20,000 nt of DNA from Raillietiella orientalis (GCA_036172245.1 JAYWIR010000070.1:420529-440528), one strand, 5' to 3'; positions 1 through 9,782 are shown, counted from the stretch's first letter. Numbers and translations: made by a program. Notes: generated from the sequence alone by a model not told the origin.

Positions 1-1506
1 GCAAGTGAAACTTGCCTTCCAGGAACGGGCCGATCGCCGTCTCGACTTTTTGGAGGCAGCTGGACCACGCTTCCGCAGGTGAGTAGTCCCCCAACAGCAC
101 ATCAAGGTACTTCAGGCACCTCGCCGTGGGTATCCCCAGACGGACCAAGTCCTGCTGCCCTGCCCACGCCGCACCTACTGGCACCACCGACGACTTCGCC
201 CTGTTGACCTGCAGTCCGGTCCCGCGGATGAGCAGATCGAAGAAGTCTCCGACCGCCTTCGCCGGGGTGGACATAGGTAACAGAAGCAGAAGGTCGTCGG
301 CATAGGCTGCTACGGCGGGCGTGCCGGGACACGAGCTCGGCAAGGAGGCCAAAGGCACCCTGTAGGCCTTCAGCACCAACTCAAAGTAGGTGCTGAAGAG
401 CAGGGGACTGAGGCTATCACCCTGCCTGGTGCCCCGCCGCACCGGCACGCCATACAACTTCTGAATACTGAAAGAGATGGAGATAATCGCATTCCGCCAG
501 CAAGAGCGCAGGTAGGTAATCAAGGAGGGTGGGAAGCCCATGCGACTTAGGAGCTCCAACAAAAGCTCCTGGTCAACACAGTCGAACGCCTTATGGAGAT
601 CGACTGCGAGCGCTAAGGCCCCCTTCCCCGCCCGGGAGTCCATTCCCTGCCCTGCTGGCGGCCCCAAAGTGGGGTTGCCGATTTTTCCTTTCTTTTCCTT
701 TTGACACCTCTGCGGGTGCATCCATGTGCTCGCGAAGAAGAGGTTGGCATCCATACTTCGCCCGGGAACATCATATGTCTGCTCCGGGCTAATAATGGAT
801 TCTGCCTCCTGCCCCAGACGCGAAGCCGATAGCCCGGCAACCAACTTGGCGTCCGTATTCACAATCGTGATCGGACGCCAGTTGTTCAAATTCCTAAGGT
901 CTCCCCCTTTCGGAAGGAGCCTCACTCTGGCTGACCGAAACGAGGCGGGAACATCGCTTCGTCTCGGATCAGCCTTGTCAGCTGAAGCAGCAGGGGTGCC
1001 AGCTCTTCCGCGAAGCTCTGATAGAACTCCGCGGGCAAGCCGTCTTCCCCTGGAGCTTTCCGCCTCTTGAGCCTTTTGATACCGGCGAGAATTTCGGCTG
1101 TGGTAAAAGGCTCATCGAGGCTTAACGACTTCTCCTCCCCTATTGCCGCGGCACCATCCAAAAGCAAGAGCCGAGAGGCATCTTGATCCGGAAGCGCCCT
1201 GGCGTAAAGGGAGGAATAATAACTCCGCACGAGATGCCGTACCGACGCCGGGGACGAACATTCCCGGCCCTGGTCGTCCAGCAAGCTGGCCGACCCGGAT
1301 TGCCAGGCTTGGCGTTCGTCCCCGGCACGGTACTCGGCCAGGCGACGGACATTAGGGGTTCTCTCGTACCTACGAGCCTGTAAATAGGCCCGATGGTTGC
1401 GAGCACCCTCGCCGAATCCGGGGGGCAGGCGATCCAGGAGGAACTGCTTGCAGAACTCCCGGACCGATTCCTTAAAAAGGTCCCAGTCCTGGAGATTCCG
1501 GAGCGT
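1..1506 (-). mobile_element. E1: L1/Tx1-like LINE, outermost host; only the ORF2 linker-RT part is visible and it runs off the left edge
   Basis: Minus-strand translation gives TLRNLQDWDLFK...KRRKAPGEDGLP...NWRPI...DLHKAFD...RQGDSLSPLLF...YADD. Similarity to E3 stops at ~1506, where the E2 5' UTR begins (junction uncertain, ~1497-1507). Confidence 0.92.
1..1506 (-). pseudogene. E1 ORF2 fragment (EN-RT linker and reverse transcriptase)
   Basis: One 1-nt deletion near 957 (IRDE|GDVPASF). Otherwise open to the window edge, with YADD intact at 293..304. Interrupted upstream by E2. Confidence 0.9.
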
Positions 1507-1510
1507 CGAG

Positions 1511-1533
1511 CGGACGTGTCTTTTCGTTGCTCC
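1511..1533 (+). promoter_or_regulatory. Conserved 5'-terminal motif CGGACGTG-N10-GCTCC (candidate internal promoter)
   Basis: The same two boxes occur at the 5' ends of E4 and E3 in otherwise dissimilar UTRs. Function is inferred. Confidence 0.55.
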
Positions 1534-1588
1534 TGAGTTCCATTTCCGTTGGTGCTTGTGCGTGGTGTGGGTGGAGGATTAGGCAGAA

Positions 1589-3232
1589 ATGCCTGATACC
1601 ACCACCGGTGAGGATCCGGGGGCGATGACCTCATTGCCCCTTGAGCAGATGGAGGTGGAGGCTCCCGCATCAGTGGAGGCACCCGCCAGCACGGATGCGC
1701 CCCCGGCCCTACCCAGGGCTTGGAACGCCGTGGCTGCGGCACCTACGCCAGCGGCTATGGCGGAAATGCGCGCTTACCTGGAGGAAAGGTATAACCCACC
1801 CCTCCTATATAAGGTAGGCGGTTTATATTCTTCCGAGAACACGCGCGCCTTTTCGCAGGCGATGCGCGTTCTCGGTGTACAGAAAGAGGAGCTTCTGGCT
1901 ATGTCCGTCAGAAGCGGGGGTCAATTTGTGGAAGTTATCTGCAAGGAGGCAACTCTTGCGCAAAGACTTCTGCGAACCCCCGTAATTATGGGCAGCCGGA
2001 GGCTTCTCCCCATTACTGAAGACCGGTCGGTGATCATTCACCTGACCGGTATCACGTTCCCGATGACGAAGGAGGCCGTCCGGAACGAATTAGAAAAATC
2101 TGCAACTGTCCACGCGCTGTGGGGAAAGCCTACTCGTTTTGTCGATTACGACGGGGTGCTTGGCGGCCTGGGTGCAGCGCGAGTGACGGTTCGCGAAGGA
2201 TGTGAGTTTCCCCACAAACTCAGCGTCAACGGTGAATCCGTTGACGTGTGGTACGTGGGGGAACCCAAGTATTGCGGCTGCTGCAGCAGCTTCGGTCACC
2301 TTAAAATGAGGTGTCCGAGCGTGCAGTGCCAGCAATGCAAACAAGCGGGGCACACCCGTCTGGTGTGCCCCCAAAACACAGTCCGCGTAGTGTCCGCGAA
2401 AAACGCGAGAATGCGCGCGGCTAAAAAGAGAAAGAAGCTGGCAACTCGTGCTGCTGCTAAGGAGGTCACATCCGCCACCAAGGCGAAGGCCAGCCCCGAG
2501 ACCCCGGCGAAAACCGCCGAAAAGGTCGAGGGCGAGGGTCAAGAGCCAGGGTGGCAGAAGGTCGACCCCAAGAAAAACTCCCATAAGAAGGGAAAGAACG
2601 TGGCGAAACGGAGCGAAACCGCTCTGCGTCGCGAAAAAATTAAAAGCTGCTGCGTCGTTGTAGAGCGGATTCCCGCCATCGACGAATGCGGCGCTAAAGA
2701 ACTCGCTGCTGCCCCTGCTCAACCCTCCGTTGACAAAGTCAACAAGGAGGGGAGCGAGGCGGCGGCGTCCGTCATCGAGCCCACGCTCGATGACGTCGCC
2801 TTCGAGCGCGCCGCGGAGGAGCTGGCTGCCTCGCTGCAGCCGGTTGCCCCCAAGGCTGGCAAGAAGGCCGTCAGGCGTCCGGCTTCCCCTCAAGAGTCGG
2901 CCACTTTCGACCCCGAGGTGAAGGCTGGAAACACAGCATCCATCTCCGCGGCACCCCGCAAAAAGGCAGGACGAAAGTCCACAATGCTCCGGAAGATCGT
3001 CTCCCCCGACGAAGGGGAAGAGATGGCTTCCGGTAGCGAAGGTGCCATGAGCGTGGGAAACTCCCGGGACCCGTCGCCCGAGAGAATTCCACGCTCGGAC
3101 ACGGAGGGGATGGTGAGGATGGAGGACGAACAGGTACCCCAGGCGCCTGAAGAGGCCTCCGTCCTCGTACCGATGGACCTGTCCTACACCTGCCCCGCGG
3201 CAGGTGCCGCGACGCCACTTTCCCAGCCATAA
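1589..3232 (+). CDS. E2 ORF1p, gag-like nucleic-acid-binding protein with two CCHC zinc knuckles (547 aa, intact)
   Basis: CGCCSSFGHLKMRC and CQQCKQAGHTRLVC (CX2CX4HX4C), basic low-complexity C-terminus, located directly upstream of the endonuclease ORF. Confidence 0.9.
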   Translation: MPDTTTGEDPGAMTSLPLEQMEVEAPASVEAPASTDAPPALPRAWNAVAAAPTPAAMAEMRAYLEERYNPPLLYKVGGLYSSENTRAFSQAMRVLGVQKEELLAMSVRSGGQFVEVICKEATLAQRLLRTPVIMGSRRLLPITEDRSVIIHLTGITFPMTKEAVRNELEKSATVHALWGKPTRFVDYDGVLGGLGAARVTVREGCEFPHKLSVNGESVDVWYVGEPKYCGCCSSFGHLKMRCPSVQCQQCKQAGHTRLVCPQNTVRVVSAKNARMRAAKKRKKLATRAAAKEVTSATKAKASPETPAKTAEKVEGEGQEPGWQKVDPKKNSHKKGKNVAKRSETALRREKIKSCCVVVERIPAIDECGAKELAAAPAQPSVDKVNKEGSEAAASVIEPTLDDVAFERAAEELAASLQPVAPKAGKKAVRRPASPQESATFDPEVKAGNTASISAAPRKKAGRKSTMLRKIVSPDEGEEMASGSEGAMSVGNSRDPSPERIPRSDTEGMVRMEDEQVPQAPEEASVLVPMDLSYTCPAAGAATPLSQP

Positions 3233-4118
3233 TGCCGGGAATCGCCTCTCCCCGTCGTCTTCTGATCACCTGTTGGAACGTGAACGGGCTAAGCGACGAC
3301 GGCAAGAGGCGTGACGTGGCCGCCACCCTGGCATCCTCCGACCTGGTGCTGCTGCAGGAGATCCATGTGATCTCCGCAGATCAAGCCCGGGAGATCGAAC
3401 GGATCTCGGATGGGCGGCTGTTGTGGCGTTGCGGCACCTCGAAATCAAGCGGTGTCGCCTTCCTGCTTCGGCCAGCCATCGAGACCGCAATAAAGGACGT
3501 TCGGTTCGATGACGCAGGTCGCGTCGGTCAGCTGACTCTCAGCTGGTCCGACTCTATCAACCTGGTCGTCACCAACCTATACGCTCCTAGCGGAAACAAC
3601 GCGTTGAGGGCGAAGGCAAGAAGGGAATTCTACCTTGCCCTGAGACGCGATTGGCTGACCGATGCAGGAGTTCGCAAAGCGGACCTGATTGCAGGTGATT
3701 TCAACCTGCGCCTGCTTTCAGGTGCGCCGGATACACTGAACAACCGCGTCAAAGAGTTGGGCGCAGAAATGAACGCGCGCAACTTGTTGGCCGGGGACAC
3801 GGCCATGGAAAGCAGCATCGATCACGTGTACCTTGACCAGCACCTATGATCTCGGGTGGGCAGGCGCGTAAAGGTACCATCCGAGCTGTCGGACCATGGT
3901 CGGATCATGTTCAAATGCGTCCGCGCGACAAGGGCCCCCCCTCGTCAGCGTGGCGTCTGCCAGGGGACTGGCTGAAGTTTCCCGACGCAATGGAGCACCT
4001 CCGCGAGTTTATTCGGAGCTTCAGGATGCAGACACTTCAGGACTGGGACCGCTTCAAGCGGTCGGTCCAGGAGTTTTGCGACCAGTTCCCCCTGCATCGC
4101 CTACCTGAGGGATTTGGG
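3232..4118 (+). pseudogene. E2 ORF2 N-terminal part (APE endonuclease and start of linker)
   Basis: WNVNG, LQE, NLYAP, GDFN, SIDH and SDH motifs. In-frame TGA at 3847..3849 and a frameshift near 3912. ATG overlaps the ORF1 stop (TAATG). Confidence 0.9.
4107..4118 (+). repeat. Target-site duplication of E3, left copy GAGGGATTTGGG
   Basis: Matches GAGGGAGTTGGG at 15617..15628 (11/12). Joining the flanks gives LPEGFG-KGAHNEKAYL, homologous to LPPGFGEGARNHRAYL in E1 and E3. Confidence 0.8.
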
Positions 4119-4336
4119 GTGTCCACCTGGGTACTCCCGTGGCGTTTATTGTATAAAACTCTACAAGAAAACGTGGTACAAGGCCCCACTAACGGCCACA
4201 CAACACCGGACCTGCCGGGACGCCGGGACGCAGCCCAGCGTGACGCTCTTCGCCAGTGGAGGGGGATGGGGATCAAAACAAAATTAAAAAATGAAAATAA
4301 AGGAAAACAAAAAGAGTTTGGAGGGAGGGGAAAGAA
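4119..4336 (-). terminator. E3 3' UTR: T-rich tract, stem-loops, AATAAA plus terminal hairpin
   Basis: Element sense ends AATAAA-CGCCACGGGAGTACCCAGGTG-GACAC and then the TSD. No poly(A). Confidence 0.7.
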
Positions 4337-7300
4337 TCACGTTCCACTTAGAGGAGGGTCCAACCCTCGCAGGATGCCCTCCAGGTCCATCTTCATGCTT
4401 CCCAGATGGGGCCATCTCGCTGCTCTCCGCATGAAGCAGACCGCATACGGGATGACATCCCTCACGTTGGCATCCACTTCTTCGTCGCGAATGTCGCTCC
4501 ATGCCGCCACGATGCCCCGGATATAGCAGAGGGCTGGGAGGGCTGCGGCAGGCTGCAGGGCGTCACGCACGAAGAGGGGCCGAAGAACGTCTCTGGGCGC
4601 TCTGCTTGTTGGGAGCCCGAAGGTCGTCCCGAACCGTTCCCACAGGGGACGGAGGGCAGCACAGTCAACTAGTAGGTGGGGAAGCGATTTGTGCTCTCCA
4701 CACCTTGCACACTCAGGCCTTACACTCCCCCGCATCCAGTGGAAGCGGCGCGCGTTGCAGGGTAGACCCCAGTGCAACAGTAGCAGCCCCGACTCTTGCC
4801 ACTTCAGGGGGAGAAGCCTGGATCCTATCAGATTGGGGGCCACTTGAGGTCATCCGTCGGGATGCCGAGCAGCTCGCCCCATCGACGAAGTCCACGAGGA
4901 AGGGTACTCGGGGTCGTGGCATCCGCCAGTTCTCCCATGGTCCAACCGCTCATCTTCTTCTCCTTGCCTGCAATTCGGCAGGAGACTTGCCACTTTGGCT
5001 TGCGGCTGCTTGTTAAAGCCCTTCGGAGAAAGGGCAGGGTCGAAGCTAGAGGGGTGATCTCCGCCCACGTGCTCCTGGCGGGACACTCCAGAGTAGTCCG
5101 CAGTGTGCAGCGGGCGTTGGGGCCGAATCGCAGGCGGTTCCAGTCCGGGGAAGTCTGGAGGTTCAACTTGGCCCACGTCGCAACTGATTCCTCCAGCCAG
5201 GCGAAGAAGTTGGCGGGGCCGCATACCGTCCAGCCGTTGTTTCTGACCAGGGCTTCCATGCGCCCAAGAAAAGGCCACATCTTCTCACCTTCCTGCCGGA
5301 GCACAGGAGGTACGACGCGAGTCCTTGCGTCCTGGACACACGGCTGGCGAGGATTCGGGCCGGAATGCACCAAGGGGTGCTCCATGACTTTGCTGCGATG
5401 GCGAGGGTGCGCCATCGCAGCTGTATTTCCAGGCGCTTTAGCGTCAGGAGGCCGAGACCGCCGTCCCGACGAGGAGCGCATAAATCATCCAGAGGCACAC
5501 GTGGCCTCCCGCTGCCCCAGAGGGCGATGCGGAGTATGTCTTTTGTCCTCTTTTTAATGTCACGGTGGACGGGGCACACAAAAAGCAGGGAACGGAGGAT
5601 GGAAGCCGCGAAGGCGTTCCACACCGCGGCCCGTTCCGGCAGAAGGAACTTGCATTCCAGGAACGGGCCGATTGCCAACTCTACCTTCTCGAGACGACCT
5701 GACCAGGCTTCTGCGAGGCAGAAGTCCCCCAACGGGACACCCAGGTACTTCAGGTACCTGGCCGTTGGGATCCCCAAGCGGATCCAGTCAGGCCGTCCGA
5801 CCCACGTCGCACCCACCGGTACGACCGACGACTTCGCCTTGTTTACCCGCAGTCCAGTCCCACGACTTAGCAGATCGAAGAAATCCTCGACTGCGGCTTC
5901 CGAGGCGGACATGGGCAGCATGAGCAGAAGATCGACGGCGTATGCTGCAACGGCAAGCGTGCCGGGGCACGAGCTGGGCAGGGCAGCCAAAGTCACCCTG
6001 TACGCTCTCAGCACCAACTCAAAGTAGGTGCTGAAGAGCAGGGGACTGAGGCTATCGCCCTGCCGTATGCCCCGCCGCACCTGCACGCCGAACACCTGTT
6101 GGCTGGAAAAGACGATGTTGACAATGGCATTGCGCCAGCATGAGCGCAGGTAGGAGAGAACGGAGCTTGGGAAGCCCATGCGACCCTGGAGCTCCAACAG
6201 TAGCTCCAGGTCTACGCAGTCGAACGCCTTGTGGAGATCGACCGCGATCGCTAGGGCTCCCTTCCCAGCCCGGGTATCTATTCCCAGCCCACCTGGCGGT
6301 TCCAAAGTGGGGTTGCCAATCTTTCCCCCTGTGTCGTTCAGGCAGCGCTGCACATGGAACCATGTGCTCTCGAAGAACAGGTTGGCATCCATACTTCGCC
6401 CGGGAACAGCGTACGTCTGCTCCGGGCTAATTATGGAGTCTGCCACCTGTCCTAGACGCAAAGCCCACAGTCCAGCGATCAGCTTGGCGTCCGTATTCAC
6501 GATTGTGATCGGACGCCAATTGCCCAAGAATCTCAGGTCTCCTCCCTTCGGGAGGAGCCTCACACGGGCTGACCGAAACGAGGCGGGAACGTCGCCTTCG
6601 TCTCGGATCAGCCCGGTCAACTGAAGCACCAGGGGTGCCAGCTCTGCCGCGAAACATTGAAAGAATTCCGCAGGCAGGCCGTCTTACCCTGGCGCCTTTC
6701 GCCTCTTGAGCCTTTTAAAACCGGCGAGAATTTCACCGGTAGAAAAAGGCTCGTCGAGGCTGATCTTCTCCTCTTCCCCTATTGCCGGGGCTCCATCCGA
6801 AAGCAGGAGCCGCGAGGCGTTCCGCTCTGGGGGTGCCCTAGCGTAGAAAGAGGAGTAATAACGTCGCACGAGGTGCCTGATCGCGGGTGGTGCGGATCGC
6901 TCCCGGCCCTGGTCGTCCAGCAAGCTGGCCGACCCGGATTGCCAGGCTTGGCGTTCGGCCCCGGCTCGATATTCCGCGAGGCGACGGACATTCGGGGTCC
7001 TCTCGTACCGGCGGGCCTGTAGATAAGCCCGATGGTTCCGAGCCCCCTCCCCGAATCCGGGGGGCAGGCGGTGCAGGGGAAACTCCTCGCAGAACTCGCG
7101 GAACGAGGCCTTGAAGAGGTCCCAGTCTTGGAGACTGCGGAGGGTGACACCTCTTAGGATTTCGCGAAGGTGTTCTTTCGCACCTGTGAGCTGCGTCCAG
7201 TCCCCAGGCAGCCGCCACGCCCTGGACGGGGGTCCTTTGTCGCGCGGGCAAACCTCGGCGATGATCCTGGAATGGTTCGACAGCGTCGACGCAACTTTTC

Positions 7301-7754
7301 CCCGTTTGCAAACCCGCGAGCACAGGTCGACATCCAGGAAGAAGTGGTCGATGCTGCGGTCCATTCCCTCCGCGTCTGCCAACAAGTTGCGCGTGCGCAT
7401 GGCAGCGCAAAACTCGTTGGCCGTGCGTTCTTGTGCTTCGGGCTCACCTGACAGCAGACGGAGATTGAAGTCTCCAGCTATCAGGTGTGCCTTCCGCACA
7501 TTCGTGTCGGCCAGCCAATCGCGCTTCAAGGTTTCCAGCAGCCTGGTACGGTCGCTGTATCCCCCTTTTCCGCTCGGGGCGTACACGTTCGTGACGATCA
7601 ATTCGATCGAGTCGGACCAGCTGAGAATCAGCTGACCGACCCTACCGTCGTTATCGAAGCGTACGCCCTTCACGGCAGCGTCGATGGCCGGCTTGACGAA
7701 GAACGCGACCCAGCAGGTGTTGCGGGCGCCGCATCGCCAATACAGTCGACCCCC
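4337..7754 (-). pseudogene. E3 ORF2 (endonuclease remainder, RT, CCHC)
   Basis: ORF-track pieces 6684..7988, 5163..6629, 4828..5481 and 4337..4843 chain together. TAA at 6684..6686, frameshifts near 5270 and 4838, catalytic motif mutated to YAVD (5931..5942). Confidence 0.92.
7742..7754 (+). repeat. Target-site duplication of E4, left copy ACAGTCGACCCCC
   Basis: Identical 13-mer at 13579..13591. Excision restores EIEAIAGGRLYWRC in frame on the minus strand. Confidence 0.93.
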
Positions 7755-7763
7755 TCCATTGTT

Positions 7764-7785
7764 CGGACGTGCATTCTTGCGCTCC
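7764..7785 (+). promoter_or_regulatory. Conserved 5'-terminal motif CGGACGTG-N9-GCTCC
   Basis: Starts at +10 from the TSD-defined 5' end. Shared with E2 and E3. Confidence 0.55.
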
Positions 7786-7844
7786 GTCTTTGGTGCTTCT
7801 TTGCGGTTGTTCCTTTTGGGTGCGGTGGGATTTTTCATTTGGAA

Positions 7845-9782
7845 ATGAAGCCAGTGCCCGCAGAAATGGAGGTGGAGGAATCCCCCTGCGCCGCAGGACC
7901 TTCTTCGGGAGGAGCGGAAGCCTCCACCGATCGTCCCTCGCCTCCAGCGAGAAGTTTTGCCGCCGTTGCTAAGGCAGCGGCGGCTCACGGAGCCCCACCC
8001 GACGAGGCAGAGCTGCGGGCGTACGCCGCGAGCGGCTACAACCCCCCTCTGGCCTACAAGGTCAGTGCCGCGTACCGGGATGGGACGGGCAACCAGCTCT
8101 GGAGCGAGCTAGAACGCGTAGGGGTCCGAGAGGACGATCTCCTGGCAATTATGCCAGTGAGCGCGGTAGGCCATTGGGAGGTGCACTGCAAGGATGCAGC
8201 CCTCGTCCAGCGCCTACTGCGAACCCCCCTGAACATCAGGGGTAAGGAGGTCGTCCCCTCGGCCCTGGATCAATCGTTCGTGGTCCAGCTCTCGGGAATT
8301 AGGCCGAGAATAACGGACCGCGACATCATTGTTGCACTCGAGGCGTTCGCCACAGTGCACGCGATGTGGAGGCGCGCGAACCCGATCGATAAAGTCCCGC
8401 GCCTCTCCTGCGGACTTGCGACGGCGCGCGTCACCATGGACGACCGGAGGCTCATGCCTTCGCAGATCCTCCTCGGTGACGTCGTCGTCTATCTCCGGTT
8501 TGCCGGGCAAACCCCCGCTTGCGGCAACTGCGGGAAGGAGGGCCACCGTCCGCGGAAGTGCCCAACACGCAGTTGCCGATACTGTAAGCTGCTCGGCCAC
8601 TCGATTAACGAGTGCGCCGAGCTGAAACGAAAGAGGAGGGCGAGAAACCCCCCCGCAACATCGCCGTCCGCGCCGACTCCATCCGCCCCGTCGTCGGGGA
8701 AGAAATCAGGCGCGAACGAGCATTCTCAGCGGAGAAGTGAAAAGTCCGCTTGCGCGGGCGATTCTTGGAGCAATGCTCCACAAAAACCCGCGCGAAAGGA
8801 CAAGGAGCTCCTCCAGGCTGCTTCAGTAAAGCCCCGAGCGACCCAGCCCGCCGATAACATCGGGCAGGCTGCAAAAATAGCACCGCCGCTTCCGTCCGCT
8901 CTCGCTCCGGAGCGAAATAGCGGTGGCACGCCCGGGAAGACCACCGGAGCGTCGAAAAAGGGGTCGCGCGCCCCTTTGCCCGCGACAGGCAAGCCGGCCA
9001 CGGCGGGCCGAACGCCAGCAAAGGCTGAAAAGCCTCGCGCGACACCCGAGAATCCCGCCACTGTGCCCGCACCTCCCGGTAAGGAGGTGCAGAAGGCAGA
9101 CGTGGCGAAGGAGACACTGGCCTCAGTCGCCGTATCCGAGGCCTTGGAAAGGATGCGAAGGACCCTGGAAGCCCTCGCGCCCAACCGGGGCAAACAGGAA
9201 GGCGGCGAGGATGGCTGGACCTTCGTCGGGGGAAAGAAGGAGCGCAAACCGCGCGATCCTTCCCACTTCCCGATCCAAAAGGTAGGCGGGGTGAAGAGGC
9301 AACCCCGCGCGCCCAGAAAGGCGCAAGGACAAGCCTCTGCTGCCGCCGCGCGCGCCGCCGCAAACACCCGCGGCGAGAGGGGAGCTGCCGAAGCCGTGAC
9401 CCCGAAAGGGGGATCGGCGACGAAGGCACCCTCGAAGAGTGCTGGACCAGCTCCGGGCTGCCAGCAAACAAAGAGGCAGGCGAAACGCCCGCCGCCGCGC
9501 GCGCGCAATTCGGACTCCGAGGTGGAGTCCGAGGGCAGCGCTAAGGCTCGCCAAGCCCCGGTCAAGGCCAGGGCTGCGCGCAAGCCAAAACTTGCCAGGC
9601 AAGAGCCTGATGCCGGGAACGGTTCCCGATGCTCCTCGGAGCCCGAGGCAATGGTCCTCGACTCGACCAAGCCGGCCGCGAGCGGCGCGGCGGGGACAGG
9701 AAGCGCTTGCGCTACCTCATCCGCCGTGCTCCCGGCTGATGCCTCGCCGGACGGGGCGAGGAACGCACCTCCATGTCCGTAG
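7845..9782 (+). CDS. E4 ORF1p with two CCHC zinc knuckles (645 aa, intact)
   Basis: The first ATG inside the element is 7845; the track start at 7485 lies in host E3 sequence. CGNCGKEGHRPRKC and CRYCKLLGHSINEC; YNPPLAYKV is homologous to E2 and E3 ORF1. Confidence 0.88.
   Translation: MKPVPAEMEVEESPCAAGPSSGGAEASTDRPSPPARSFAAVAKAAAAHGAPPDEAELRAYAASGYNPPLAYKVSAAYRDGTGNQLWSELERVGVREDDLLAIMPVSAVGHWEVHCKDAALVQRLLRTPLNIRGKEVVPSALDQSFVVQLSGIRPRITDRDIIVALEAFATVHAMWRRANPIDKVPRLSCGLATARVTMDDRRLMPSQILLGDVVVYLRFAGQTPACGNCGKEGHRPRKCPTRSCRYCKLLGHSINECAELKRKRRARNPPATSPSAPTPSAPSSGKKSGANEHSQRRSEKSACAGDSWSNAPQKPARKDKELLQAASVKPRATQPADNIGQAAKIAPPLPSALAPERNSGGTPGKTTGASKKGSRAPLPATGKPATAGRTPAKAEKPRATPENPATVPAPPGKEVQKADVAKETLASVAVSEALERMRRTLEALAPNRGKQEGGEDGWTFVGGKKERKPRDPSHFPIQKVGGVKRQPRAPRKAQGQASAAAARAAANTRGERGAAEAVTPKGGSATKAPSKSAGPAPGCQQTKRQAKRPPPRARNSDSEVESEGSAKARQAPVKARAARKPKLARQEPDAGNGSRCSSEPEAMVLDSTKPAASGAAGTGSACATSSAVLPADASPDGARNAPPCP

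Larger units (their letters stand above)
1507..4118 (+). mobile_element. E2 5' part: LINE with 5' UTR, ORF1 and the start of ORF2, interrupted by E3
   Basis: Shared 5' motif at 1511, ORF1 with CCHC knuckles, APE motifs. Ends at LPEGFG next to the E3 3' end and continues at 15617. Confidence 0.92.
4119..7754 (-). mobile_element. E3 3' part: most of ORF2 plus 3' UTR, antisense inside E2
   Basis: EN, RT and C-terminal CARC...HLLVDC on the minus strand, a T-rich 3' UTR, and the family terminal motif at 4124..4150. Confidence 0.93.

Noticed and set aside
3846..4526. 226-aa ORF, and similar junction-spanning ORFs 13406..13735 and 15806..16387, as independent genes
   Set aside because: They are broken ORF2 pieces reading into the antisense 3' UTR of the inserted element.
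7485..7844. N-terminal extension of the 765-aa ORF
   Set aside because: It starts in the antisense strand of the E3 endonuclease and crosses the TSD. The element ORF1 begins at ATG 7845.
6684..7988. 434-aa minus-strand ORF fusing antisense E4 5' sequence to the E3 endonuclease
   Set aside because: Chance open frame across the junction. It lacks the N-terminal catalytic Asn and Glu and stops at 6684, before the RT.
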